Below are positions 1-8,632 of a stretch of 26,336 nt of DNA, piece after piece (the stretch's first letter is position 1; each line of letters begins with the position of its first letter). The position numbers and the translations under genes are program-made. This DNA is from a virus (Duplodnaviria; Caudoviricetes). A model generated the notes under the pieces. It was not told where the DNA came from and made no database searches. It worked only from the letters and a program-made list of their open reading frames with translations. The DNA is taken from positions 1 to 26,336 of IMG/VR virus record IMGVR_UViG_3300025828_000158. The stretch is one strand, 5' to 3'.

Positions 1-25
1 AGAATAAAATTATAAAGGAGAACAT

Positions 26-931
26 ATGGCAACAATAAATCTAGGAAATATAAAATTTAATTGGCAAGGTGCATACGCAGGTGGAACAGCTTATGCTGTT
101 GATGACGTTGTATCTTACAATGGATCTAGCTACATTTGTAAGTTAGCATCTACAGGCAACTTACCTACTAACAATACATATTGGGATCAGATGTCATCTG
201 CTGGAACAAACGGCACAAATGGTACTGATCTTACAACAACATTAACAACTCAAGGCGATTTAGTTTATCGTGATGGTTCAGGTCTTCAAAGACTTGGTGC
301 AGGTACAGCAGGACAAGTATTACAAAGTGGCGGAGCTGGTGCAAATCCTAGTTGGACTAATTTGTCTAGTGACTTTGTTAAAATTGCAGAACACGATTTT
401 GCTGTAACTAATGGAAATGGTGTAACTTTTGATAATATTTTTGATTATTCAACTTATTCAAGTTATAAAGTAATTGCATCAGGAATATCCTCTAAACCAA
501 ACAATACAACTACTTGTGAGGCTTATTTTAGAACTGGTGGTGCATCAGGTTCAGATTTAAGCGGAAATTATGGTTATGTTAAAATAGGTGCATATAGAGA
601 ATGGAATGCTGTTTGGAGTAATAACACAGCAGACTACGACCAAAACAGAACTTATATGACTGTTGGAGCTTGGGGTGGTGGTCATTCAAGTTGGGCTGGT
701 GGTGCTGGTCAAGGCGGTTTTGATGCTGTAATTACTGGAGCTCAATCAGGTGTAATGACAGCTTTACATAGTCAAATTGTAGGTGGTCTTTATGGAAATG
801 TACCTTATTTTGCAAATGAAAGTTTGCACTATTGCAATCAAAGTACAACAGAAGTTACTGGTATAAGATTTTTTCAAGGAAGTTCTTATATTTATACTAC
901 AGGTAGAATTTCTGTATATGGAATTAAATAA
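26..931 (+). CDS. Tail fibre / receptor-binding protein with N-terminal CBM5/12-like module
   Basis: 301 aa. AAGGAG RBS. N-terminal WQGAYAGGTAYAVDDVVSYNGSSYIC resembles carbohydrate-binding repeats; the LTTQGDLVYRDGSGLQRLGAGTAGQVL...PSW fibre motif follows; aromatic-rich C-terminal domain. Confidence 0.7.
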   Translation: MATINLGNIKFNWQGAYAGGTAYAVDDVVSYNGSSYICKLASTGNLPTNNTYWDQMSSAGTNGTNGTDLTTTLTTQGDLVYRDGSGLQRLGAGTAGQVLQSGGAGANPSWTNLSSDFVKIAEHDFAVTNGNGVTFDNIFDYSTYSSYKVIASGISSKPNNTTTCEAYFRTGGASGSDLSGNYGYVKIGAYREWNAVWSNNTADYDQNRTYMTVGAWGGGHSSWAGGAGQGGFDAVITGAQSGVMTALHSQIVGGLYGNVPYFANESLHYCNQSTTEVTGIRFFQGSSYIYTTGRISVYGIK

Positions 932-943
932 GGAGTAAAAAAT

Positions 944-1186
944 ATGCAACAAATAAAATACAATAAAGAATATCCAAATGGTGTTTTAGTAGATTTAACA
1001 GCAGAAGAACTTGCTAATAATGAAACTGCAAAAAAAGAAGCAGAACAAAGAAATCTAGCTGAACAACAAGCTAAAGCACAAAAAGAAGCTGACGCACTTG
1101 CTGGAAATAATAAGTTATTAGAACTTGGTTTAACTCAAGCTCAAGTAACTGCTATGACAGGGTACACACCACCTGCGGAGGTATAA
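944..1186 (+). CDS. Small hypothetical protein, probable tail fibre assembly chaperone
   Basis: 80 aa helical/charged protein, AGGAG RBS, immediately downstream of the fibre gene. Confidence 0.55.
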   Translation: MQQIKYNKEYPNGVLVDLTAEELANNETAKKEAEQRNLAEQQAKAQKEADALAGNNKLLELGLTQAQVTAMTGYTPPAEV

Positions 1187-1192
1187 TCCGCT

Positions 1193-2572
1193 ATGACTAA
1201 AGCTAGAGATTTAGGTTCATTATTAGGTGCATCAAGTCAAATAGACAATACTAAAATCACACTAGATGCTAATGAGATACCTGCTTTAGATACTTCTAAA
1301 ATTACTACAGGAACATTATCAGCAGATAGAATAGATAATAATTCTTTATCTAACGTAACAGCTTTACCATTTAGTGCTGGTACAGATTGGCAATCTACTA
1401 TTGTTACAGGTTCAACTTTAACTGCGGTTGCTGGAAAAGGTTATTGGATTGATACAACATCAAATGCTTGTACAATTACTTTACCAGCTAGTGCAAGTGT
1501 TGGCGACTTTATAGAATTTTCTGACTACGCAAGAACGTGGGGAACAAATGCAATTACAATAAATCAAAACAGTTTAAACTATCAAGGAGCTACTTCACCT
1601 AATCCAATTTACGATACTAGTGGTCAATCATTTAAAATAATTTATTCTGGTTCAACAAAAGGCTGGATACCATCAACTGATGATGATGTTACTTATGAAA
1701 CACCACCATCATACACAGTAGATTTTTTAGTTATTGCTGGAGGAGGTGCTGGTTCAGGTAATCAATATGCAACAGGTGGCGGTGGCGGTGGTGCTGGCGG
1801 ATATAGAAATTCTTATTCTACTGAATCATCAGGTGGAGGAGGTTCATCTGAAACTTCTTTAACATTTAGTGCTGGAACAGTTTACACAATAACAGTTGGT
1901 GCTGGTGGTACTGGTGCATACAGAGGTTCAACATCAGGTTCAAATTCATCAATATCAGGAAGTGATATTACAACAGTTACCTCAACAGGTGGTGGTGCTG
2001 GTGCTGGAGGTAATAGTTGGCCAGCATTATCAGGCGGTTCAGGTGGTGGTGGTTCAAATGATAATACAACAGGTGGTGCTGGTACAGCTAATCAAGGTTA
2101 TGATGGTGGCGATTGCGGAGAAACAAGAACTGGTGCTGGTGGTGGAGGTGCTAATGCTGTTGGTGCTGATTCAACTTCTACAAATGGTGGTAATGGTGGA
2201 AATGGTTTAGCTTCATCTATTACTGGTTCATCAGTAACAAGAGCTGGAGGAGGTGGAGGAGGTTCTATTGATTATAGTACTACAACAACTGCTGGAACAG
2301 GAGGTTCAGGTGGTGGTGGAAATGGTGGTAAATCAGATTCAGGAGGAAGTAGTGTTGTAGCTTCAACTGCTGGAACAGCTAATACAGGAAGTGGTGGAGG
2401 AGGTGCAACAGGTAATGGTACTGCCTTAGGTTCTAATGGTGGTTCAGGTGTTGTTATTCTTCGTATGGCAACAGCAGACTATACAGGAACAACAAGTGGC
2501 TCTCCAACTGTTACAACAGATGGAACAGATACAATTTTAGTTTTTAACGCATCAGGAAGTTACACAGGATAA
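1193..2572 (+). CDS. Glycine-rich tail fibre/structural protein
   Basis: 459 aa. N-terminal MTKARDL, a T4 fibre-like 'GYWIDTTSNACTITLPASASVGD' repeat, and a long Gly-rich domain (LVIAGGGAG...GGSGVVILR) typical of marine phage tail proteins. Confidence 0.7.
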   Translation: MTKARDLGSLLGASSQIDNTKITLDANEIPALDTSKITTGTLSADRIDNNSLSNVTALPFSAGTDWQSTIVTGSTLTAVAGKGYWIDTTSNACTITLPASASVGDFIEFSDYARTWGTNAITINQNSLNYQGATSPNPIYDTSGQSFKIIYSGSTKGWIPSTDDDVTYETPPSYTVDFLVIAGGGAGSGNQYATGGGGGGAGGYRNSYSTESSGGGGSSETSLTFSAGTVYTITVGAGGTGAYRGSTSGSNSSISGSDITTVTSTGGGAGAGGNSWPALSGGSGGGGSNDNTTGGAGTANQGYDGGDCGETRTGAGGGGANAVGADSTSTNGGNGGNGLASSITGSSVTRAGGGGGGSIDYSTTTTAGTGGSGGGGNGGKSDSGGSSVVASTAGTANTGSGGGGATGNGTALGSNGGSGVVILRMATADYTGTTSGSPTVTTDGTDTILVFNASGSYTG

Positions 2573-2576
2573 TATT

Positions 2577-2930
2577 ATGGCACATTTTGCAAAATTAGGA
2601 ACAGGAAACATAGTTGAAAGAGTTGAAGTGGTATCTAATGATATTGCTACAACAGAACAAGCTGGAGTAGATTTTTTAAATAATCTTTATAAATCAAGAG
2701 ATGTTTGGAAACAAACTTCATACAATAGTACAATTAGAAAAAACTTTGCTGGTATTGGTTATAAATATGACCAAGCAAGAGACGCATTTATTCCACCTAA
2801 ACATTTTAATAGCTGGATTCTAAACGAAGATACTTGTCTTTGGGAAGCACCTGTTGCATATCCTAATGATGGTCAAGATTATAAGTGGAATGAAACAATA
2901 CAAAATTGGGAATTAATAACAAAGGAGTAA
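2577..2930 (+). CDS. Conserved phage protein partnering Gly-rich tail proteins (fibre assembly-like)
   Basis: 117 aa. MAHFAKL...WKQTSYN...RKNFAGIGYKYD...DAFIPP...W motif pattern commonly adjacent to Gly-rich fibres. Confidence 0.6.
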   Translation: MAHFAKLGTGNIVERVEVVSNDIATTEQAGVDFLNNLYKSRDVWKQTSYNSTIRKNFAGIGYKYDQARDAFIPPKHFNSWILNEDTCLWEAPVAYPNDGQDYKWNETIQNWELITKE

Positions 2931-2933
2931 ACT

Positions 2934-3083
2934 ATGTTTGATAATTGGTTTAAATCTTGGGAGGATATGTATTCTTACAAGACAGTTAAACAAAACATTA
3001 ATAAGTATAACCAAAAAATTATTAACTTTTGGAAAGACTTTTATAATGATGTTTTTAATAACATTAAAAAAGATCCAGAATAA
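2934..3083 (+). CDS. Small hypothetical protein (49 aa, not in ORF track)
   Basis: AAGGAG RBS, ATG 2934, MFDNWFKSWEDMYSY...KKDPE*; TAA overlaps the next ATG (TAATG). Confidence 0.7.
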   Translation: MFDNWFKSWEDMYSYKTVKQNINKYNQKIINFWKDFYNDVFNNIKKDPE

Positions 3084-3325
3084 TGAAAAAAAGAAAATCA
3101 GCTACTGTAACTAATATTGCACAACAATCATTAGGTATTAGACTTTCTTCGCACGAAAAAATTTGTGCTGAAAGAATGAAAACTCTTATTAAGTCTATTG
3201 ACGAATTAAGAAAAGAAGTAGCTGAATTAAAAGATTCAGTATCAAAAGGAAAAGGAATAGTAGCAGCATTAGTTTTTATAGGTTCTCTAGCAACTGCTGT
3301 TATTGGTTTTTTTTCTTTTAAATGA
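3083..3325 (+). CDS. Coiled-coil protein with C-terminal transmembrane helix (holin/XhlA-like)
   Basis: 80 aa; heptad region followed by hydrophobic IVAALVFIGSLATAVIGFF. Confidence 0.55.
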   Translation: MKKRKSATVTNIAQQSLGIRLSSHEKICAERMKTLIKSIDELRKEVAELKDSVSKGKGIVAALVFIGSLATAVIGFFSFK

Positions 3326-3534
3326 AATTTTTTTTAACATTGTGGCTTTGTTCATTTTTAAGTAATGAATGTACAGCTCCAATACAATCACCATTAGCAT
3401 ACAACACTTGGAAGGAGTGCGTTGAAGACGCTTACAAAACAAGTATTTTAATCCTTGCAGATCAAGATAATAATAATGTAGAAGAATTTAGATTGGCTAC
3501 AAAATTTATGTGCAAGGAAGATAATGTCATTTAA
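3322..3534 (+). CDS. Small Cys-containing protein with hydrophobic N-terminus
   Basis: 70 aa; ATGA overlap with upstream gene; four Cys. Confidence 0.6.
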   Translation: MKFFLTLWLCSFLSNECTAPIQSPLAYNTWKECVEDAYKTSILILADQDNNNVEEFRLATKFMCKEDNVI

Positions 3535-4291
3535 AGGACACAGAGTAATAGTAATAGGTGATGCACACGACTCACCTCATATATCTCAAGATAGATTTAA
3601 ATGGATTGGTAAATACATTAAACAATCTGAGCCAGATTACATAATACAAATTGGTGATTGGGCATCATTTGATAGCTTAAGTTTTTTTCAAAAAAATTCT
3701 TCCCAAGCAGGAAAATTAAAAGATGCCTATATGGTTGACATAAATTCTATGAGAAATTCTATAGATTTATTAGACAAGTATATAGACAATGACAGAATAC
3801 CTAGACACGTAACATTCGGTAACCACGAACAAAGAGTTTATAAGTTTGAAGAAAACATACCAGAGATAGCAGGTATGATGAAAAAAGAATTACACGATTC
3901 ATTTGATAAACGTAATTGGAAACGATCTCCTTATGGAGCATTTAAAAATATAGCAGGTGTTTCATTTACACACTGTCCTCTTAACATTATGGGTAAAGAG
4001 TATGGTGGTAAAAATTGCGAAGTACAAGTAGCTAATGATGCTACTAATGATATTGTCTTCGGACACACTCATAAATTTAGAGATTGGAAAGCTCCAAAGA
4101 TAGGAGATAAAAATTATGTACGAGTTGTAAATGTAGGTTGTGCGTTGCCTTTTAATCACGTTGAAGATTATGCTAAGTTAAATCTAACTGGTTGGTCTTG
4201 GGGAATTGTAGAACTCGGTATCTGGGATAACCATATACAAGAGAGCCAGTTTATATCTATGGATAGATTGGAAAAACAATATGGATTATAG
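3524..4291 (+). CDS. Calcineurin-like metallophosphoesterase
   Basis: Motifs IGDAH, IGDWASFD, GNHE, FTH and FGHTH in canonical order. Confidence 0.9.
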   Translation: MSFKGHRVIVIGDAHDSPHISQDRFKWIGKYIKQSEPDYIIQIGDWASFDSLSFFQKNSSQAGKLKDAYMVDINSMRNSIDLLDKYIDNDRIPRHVTFGNHEQRVYKFEENIPEIAGMMKKELHDSFDKRNWKRSPYGAFKNIAGVSFTHCPLNIMGKEYGGKNCEVQVANDATNDIVFGHTHKFRDWKAPKIGDKNYVRVVNVGCALPFNHVEDYAKLNLTGWSWGIVELGIWDNHIQESQFISMDRLEKQYGL

Positions 4292-4667
4292 CAAGTACAA
4301 AAATTTTTCTGAAAAAGAATTTAATTGTTCTCACTGTGGCAAAAATAAAATGCAAGAAGTTGTTCTTGATTTTATTCAAGCTTGGAGAGATCATATAGGT
4401 GAGTCGGTAAAAATTAATTCTGGATATAGATGTGGTGAACATAACAATGCTGTTAGCAGCACAGGTACAGATGGCCCACACACTAGCGGATTAGCAATTG
4501 ATATTTCTACTACACCACAATTACAATATAAACTAATAGACTTTGCATTACATTATGAACCTAAACCTACTGGTATAGGTATTGCAAAAACATTTACTCA
4601 TCTTGATTGGCTTACAGTAGATATAGATCAAAAGTATGTAGTAAGACCTAACGTATGGAAATATTAA
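4281..4667 (+). CDS. Peptidase M15A family Zn peptidase, probable endolysin
   Basis: F..KEF.C.HCG, INSGYRC..HN, H..G.AIDI, GIG....F.HLD motifs; next to holin-like gene. Confidence 0.85.
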   Translation: MDYSKYKNFSEKEFNCSHCGKNKMQEVVLDFIQAWRDHIGESVKINSGYRCGEHNNAVSSTGTDGPHTSGLAIDISTTPQLQYKLIDFALHYEPKPTGIGIAKTFTHLDWLTVDIDQKYVVRPNVWKY

Positions 4668-4668
4668 T

Positions 4669-5046
4669 ATGTGGAACTTATTACCTACACTTCTTAAAAC
4701 TGGAGTTGATGTCTTTAATAATAGACAAGAATCTAAAAGATTAGAATCTTTAGCTGAACGTAACTATATGGAACGTGTTGCTAAAGGTGAAATTGAATAT
4801 CAAAAAGCTGTTATGGATAATAACAATCAAGGATGGAAAGACGAGCTTGTCCTTATAATAGTTGTTTTGCCAATTATAATTTTAGCCTGGAGTATATTTA
4901 GTGGAGATCCGGAAGCTAAAGAAAAATTAGATTTATTTTTTCATTACTTTAATAACTTCCCAGAATTTTATAAGTGGTTAGTGTTAGGAATTTTCAGCAG
5001 CATATATGGTTTGAAACCAGGAATGGATTTGCTTAAAAAGAAATAA
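4669..5046 (+). CDS. Probable holin
   Basis: 125 aa; GWKDE motif followed by hydrophobic helices and a basic C-terminus; directly after the endolysin. Confidence 0.65.
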   Translation: MWNLLPTLLKTGVDVFNNRQESKRLESLAERNYMERVAKGEIEYQKAVMDNNNQGWKDELVLIIVVLPIIILAWSIFSGDPEAKEKLDLFFHYFNNFPEFYKWLVLGIFSSIYGLKPGMDLLKKK

Positions 5047-5056
5047 CAAGAAGTAA

Positions 5057-5185
5057 ATGGAATTTATTAACGAAGGTTCTTTTCAAGAATACGATTACAA
5101 TCAAGAAAATGAAGAATGTGAATGGAAACAAGTAACTGAATATTGGAGGTTACATAATGAAAAAAAAAACTTGGAAGAAATCTAA
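5057..5185 (+). CDS. Small acidic hypothetical protein (42 aa, not in ORF track)
   Basis: MEFINEGSFQEYDYNQENEECEWK...EEI*; fills the gap between neighbouring genes; weak RBS. Confidence 0.45.
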   Translation: MEFINEGSFQEYDYNQENEECEWKQVTEYWRLHNEKKNLEEI

Positions 5186-5339
5186 AAGACAAATTATAAT
5201 TGATATTGGGCCTTGCAAACATTGTGGCAAGGATATGGTCAATACTGAAAGTTTTGTAATTTTTGCAGATAAGAGCAAAGCTCACTATATATGCTACAAA
5301 AATGACCACGAAAAAGGCTCTGAGAAGCCTCAGAATTGA
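5157..5339 (+). CDS. Small putative Zn-binding protein
   Basis: GGAGG RBS; CKHC...HYIC (CxxC/HxxC). Confidence 0.65.
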   Translation: MKKKTWKKSKRQIIIDIGPCKHCGKDMVNTESFVIFADKSKAHYICYKNDHEKGSEKPQN

Positions 5340-5343
5340 CGAA

Positions 5344-5400
5344 ATAGGCTTTTCCTATACCCAAGTACCCTTAAAATAAGATGTTAAAATTTAGGGGGTT
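5344..5400. terminator. Hairpins at convergence of late and early blocks (possible bidirectional terminator)
   Basis: atagg/cctat and acccttaaa/tttaggggg inverted repeats between convergent stop codons. Confidence 0.4.
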
Positions 5401-5672
5401 TATGACAATCTACCGCCATTTTCTACAAAGTGTTCAGATTCTAGCTCTGCTAATGCACCTTGTAGTAAATCTATGGCAAATTTTCTATTATTATAACTAG
5501 CAGCAAGGCTCATAATGTTGGAAGCTAAAGCAACCTGTGCGGCATCAATACCCTTACCTCTTAAAAGATCTATTGTAACTGTGTCTGCAATATTATCATA
5601 AATAGTTATGACTTCATCATTGCTAACTTGTCTTTGTTTAAATATATCTTTTAAGCTTAATATAGTTTTCAT
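5400..5672 (-). CDS. Hypothetical protein (90 aa), probably leaderless
   Basis: ORF track gives a GTG start at 5708; ATG at 5672 lies 7 nt after GTGACT-N17-TAGATT. Confidence 0.65.
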   Translation of the reverse strand: MKTILSLKDIFKQRQVSNDEVITIYDNIADTVTIDLLRGKGIDAAQVALASNIMSLAASYNNRKFAIDLLQGALAELESEHFVENGGRLS

Positions 5673-5715
5673 ACTATAGAATCTAGTATGATATTCGGTA
5701 TCAGTCACCTCACCG

Positions 5716-5902
5716 AAAAAAAAAATAATTAGATTATAAGCAAAGGCTTTTTTATCATCCTAATTACCCCAGGAATAAATTTACTCTAGCTTCTCTGGGT
5801 ACACGAATTAGTCGTATCTAGATACCTTTGCTTACAATACACACAACATTGTAATCAATTTACAATTAGGTAACTACTTAAAGGTGAGTTACGTTAACCT
5901 AC
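5716..5902 (-). ncRNA. Structured intergenic element / terminator region downstream of ssb
   Basis: Perfect 10-bp inverted repeat taagcaaagg(5737-5746)/cctttgctta(5825-5834) enclosing inner stems, followed on the minus strand by a U10 run; extra hairpins at 5848-5902. Confidence 0.45.
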
Positions 5903-6312
5903 TAGAATTGATCGTCAAAATCACTATCAGACTGTGTAGTCGTTGTTGACGACTGTGTAGTCTTTGTAGATGATTTATCTCCAATCAATCTAATACTGCC
6001 TGTGTATCGAGGTACAACAACCTCTGTCACAATTCTGTTATTTCCGTTAAGGTCTTTATATTGTCTAGTTTCTAATTCACCTTCACAATATAACTGAGTA
6101 CCCTTCTTAGCAAACTTTTGCATATTCTCTGCAAGTCTTGGATCAAATACAACTACTTTATGCCAAGTAGTTTTTTCTGCCCAATTGCCTTGCTGATCTT
6201 TAAACTTTTTATTAGTTGCTAAAGATAAGTTTGCAAAAGCTTCTCCTTTCTTTGTTTCCTTGATCTCTGGATCAGCTCCAAGACGACCTATTAACATTAC
6301 TTTATTTATCAT
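5902..6312 (-). CDS. ssb: Single-stranded DNA-binding protein
   Basis: MINKVMLIGRLGADPE, LATN, TTWHKVV, KGTQLYCEGELETRQY; acidic tail ending in F. Confidence 0.97.
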   Translation of the reverse strand: MINKVMLIGRLGADPEIKETKKGEAFANLSLATNKKFKDQQGNWAEKTTWHKVVVFDPRLAENMQKFAKKGTQLYCEGELETRQYKDLNGNNRIVTEVVVPRYTGSIRLIGDKSSTKTTQSSTTTTQSDSDFDDQF

Positions 6313-6781
6313 TTTTTAGCTCCTTTGGATTAATGATTTTTATATTACTTGTTGCTTTTACTTTAGGTTTGTTTCTAAGTTCATCAGGCATTTCATCCTC
6401 TGAATAAACAAATCCGTGTAAACCTAGCAATTTAAGAACGCATCTATCATAAGCACGTTTCTCTGCCATTGCATATGGATAAGCATTTTTTGTATTCTTA
6501 GGTGAAGACTCACCATAAGAAACTACAAATATAGATTTACCATCTTTAACTAGTTCAGCAGTACATCTAATTACAACAATACCATTAGCAGAATTAGTTT
6601 CTATTTCTTTATAATGATATTTAATATCGTTTTCTGCACCTGCTTGTTCAATGTATCTATGATACATTACCCAAGTTCCGTGGCAATCCCATAATGCTTT
6701 ATATTCACCTTGCTCATTTTTTTGATCAAGATTTAATTTTTTAAGTATAGCTAATGCTCTACTGTCTATTGGTTTACCCAT
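6302..6781 (-). CDS. Conserved phage protein, possible single-strand annealing recombinase
   Basis: YPYAMAEKRAYDRCVLKLLG motif resembles the MAEKRA/AETRA helix of Rad52/ERF/RecT-like annealases; located between exonuclease and ssb. Confidence 0.5.
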   Translation of the reverse strand: MGKPIDSRALAILKKLNLDQKNEQGEYKALWDCHGTWVMYHRYIEQAGAENDIKYHYKEIETNSANGIVVIRCTAELVKDGKSIFVVSYGESSPKNTKNAYPYAMAEKRAYDRCVLKLLGLHGFVYSEDEMPDELRNKPKVKATSNIKIINPKELKNDK

Positions 6782-7117
6782 TTATATTCCTTTCGTTGTA
6801 TATTGTTCATTAACATAAGTTTTACTTACTACATAAACATAAGCAGCTCGACCACTACCATTCTTACGTTTATCTTTTCTTTCTATCTTACCTTGTTTAT
6901 ATAGTTCTGTTACTCTAGGTCTAACTGTAAAAGGACTTAAAGATAACAACTCTGATACTTCATCAGCAGTAGCTCCAAAATTTCCTTTATTACATATTAC
7001 GTCAAACACCTTTCTTCTAATAGTTTCTGCACCTTCTTTAATAAGTTCAGCAGCTTCTATTGAAGTATCAACTTGTTGACTCCCTGGTGAGTAAGGGTAT
7101 GATTTGTCTTCCGTCAT
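6782..7117 (-). CDS. Winged HTH DNA-binding protein
   Basis: GATADEVSELLSLSPFTVRPRVTELYKQGKI...RKNGSGRAAYVY. Confidence 0.8.
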   Translation of the reverse strand: MTEDKSYPYSPGSQQVDTSIEAAELIKEGAETIRRKVFDVICNKGNFGATADEVSELLSLSPFTVRPRVTELYKQGKIERKDKRKNGSGRAAYVYVVSKTYVNEQYTTKGI

Positions 7118-7691
7118 TGAACTCCTTTAGTTTAATATCAAAATTTTTAAATTCTACAAAATCAGGTGGTGGTGTTTTAGTTTCAACTAAATGCCAAAAC
7201 AAAACTTCAGCAGCTAATAACTGTTCTTGAAATTCTTTATCTGGCAATACTTCAACTAAACCATATTTCATATTACCAAAAAAAATTGATAAATAAATTT
7301 TATCAGCACCATACACCATTAGATAATGTTGCAATTGTGCTTTATATTTTTCAGCAGTTTTAACTTCATTAGAAAAAGCATTAGTATGTTTACATTCTAA
7401 CAATGCTTTTTTTTCTTGAAGTACACCATCTATATTACAATACATAAATGGATATTTTTTAGATGTTATAAATACTTGTTTGCCTACAACTTTAATTCCT
7501 GTTTGTTTTTCAAACCAACTAATATTAAAGTCTTCGGTATGGATTCCCATTTGTACTGGTAAAACATCAGAGAGATCTACTGCTTCTTTTTCTCCAATTT
7601 TTTCTAGATACAAATCGTACCATTCACCTTGATATATTTTGGTAGCATCACTACCACCTATACCTGTTTTGCGATCAAAATTTTCTTTCAT
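7068..7691 (-). CDS. YqaJ-like (lambda exo family) exonuclease
   Basis: R..GIGGSD, G...E, NIDG, LECK, QLQHY motifs. Confidence 0.92.
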   Translation of the reverse strand: MKENFDRKTGIGGSDATKIYQGEWYDLYLEKIGEKEAVDLSDVLPVQMGIHTEDFNISWFEKQTGIKVVGKQVFITSKKYPFMYCNIDGVLQEKKALLECKHTNAFSNEVKTAEKYKAQLQHYLMVYGADKIYLSIFFGNMKYGLVEVLPDKEFQEQLLAAEVLFWHLVETKTPPPDFVEFKNFDIKLKEFNDGRQIIPLLTRESTS

Positions 7692-7729
7692 ATATTATAT
7701 TTATCTTTCTGTTATTAATATAATAACCA

Positions 7730-8032
7730 CTAATCTGTTTGCATTTTTTGATGTATGTTTCTAAATTGCAATCCCATTTTAGTAGCTTTATATTTTTTTT
7801 GTTCTTCCCATTGTTTCCTTTTCTTTTCATTAGCTATCCTTCTAAGTTTATCTAATTCTTGTAATGTTTTATATGGTATTTTATTATTGATTAACTTATC
7901 TGCAAACTCCATATAAGTTTTTTCATTAAACTCAATTGTACTATAGAACTTGAGCAAAGACATTTGCCAAGCTTGTTGTCTTACGTGATAAGGCGTAAAA
8001 TCAATTTCCGTTTTCTTCTTTATTTTTTTCAT
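7730..8032 (-). CDS. Basic hypothetical protein
   Basis: Likely start ATG 8032 (MKKIKKK) with AAGGA upstream; ORF track extends to 8062. Confidence 0.6.
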   Translation of the reverse strand: MKKIKKKTEIDFTPYHVRQQAWQMSLLKFYSTIEFNEKTYMEFADKLINNKIPYKTLQELDKLRRIANEKKRKQWEEQKKYKATKMGLQFRNIHQKMQTD

Positions 8033-8318
8033 CAGTAAATGATCCTTTTTCAAATACTTCAATAGCAGCTTTTAATCTTTTATTATCTGCTTTGAATTTA
8101 TCAAATATAGTTTTTGTTTTAACCAAATAATGAATAGCATCTAACAATTCTTCAATTGTTTCATCTACCCATTCATTAATAGGTCGGTCATTAGCTTCCA
8201 TTGTAACACCAAACTTATTCATACCTTCTATGTGGCGTTTAACAATTAGCTCTATGACTTCATTAACTATTGGATCATTTGTTAATTCACTAGAATCAAT
8301 TATTGGATTAACTGTCAT
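8001..8318 (-). CDS. All-alpha NTP pyrophosphohydrolase (MazG-related)-like protein
   Basis: R..EG..KFG.T.......W.....EELLDA..Y acidic helix motif; start 8318 chosen from the ATGA overlap and AAGGA RBS. Confidence 0.5.
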   Translation of the reverse strand: MTVNPIIDSSELTNDPIVNEVIELIVKRHIEGMNKFGVTMEANDRPINEWVDETIEELLDAIHYLVKTKTIFDKFKADNKRLKAAIEVFEKGSFTDEKNKEENGN

Positions 8319-8548
8319 TGTTTTCCTTTTTCTCTTAAAGTTATTTCTGCTCCAAGGGCTTCGGCCCAACAACAGAATAACCAACCGCTTGGTTTTCTTA
8401 TACCACATTCCCATTTTGAAACAAGACCTTTGGCAACACCAAGTATTTCATCCATTTCTAATTGAGATATGTTTCGTTTCTTTCTTAAAGAAACAAATTG
8501 CGGTATCACTTGATTATGAAAATGTTCTCCTAGTGATTTGTTAGCCAT
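8315..8548 (-). CDS. XRE-family HTH regulator
   Basis: LRKKRNISQLEMDEILGVAKGLVSKWECGIRKPS. Confidence 0.88.
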   Translation of the reverse strand: MANKSLGEHFHNQVIPQFVSLRKKRNISQLEMDEILGVAKGLVSKWECGIRKPSGWLFCCWAEALGAEITLREKGKQ

Positions 8549-8554
8549 ATACTA

Positions 8555-8582
8555 GGAATATGAATATTTTTAAAAATGTCAA
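8555..8582 (-). promoter_or_regulatory. Sigma70-like promoter for a leaderless XRE gene
   Basis: TTGACA-N16-TATTCC then 6 nt to ATG 8548; no RBS. Confidence 0.5.
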
Positions 8583-8590
8583 CTATATAT

Positions 8591-8618
8591 GGTAGGTGAG
8601 ATTTTAACCCCACCTACC
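8591..8618 (-). terminator. GC-rich hairpin after XRE gene (terminator or processing site)
   Basis: ggtaggtg/cacctacc 8-bp stem extended by G-U/G-C pairs on the minus strand; weak U tract. Confidence 0.5.
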
Positions 8619-8632
8619 CCATAACTTGGAGG

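Noticed and set aside
1730-2460. GGT/GGA-rich repeats and the overlapping 1896-2210 ORF
   Set aside because: Low-complexity glycine codons; the alternative frame is a shadow ORF, not a CRISPR or tandem array.
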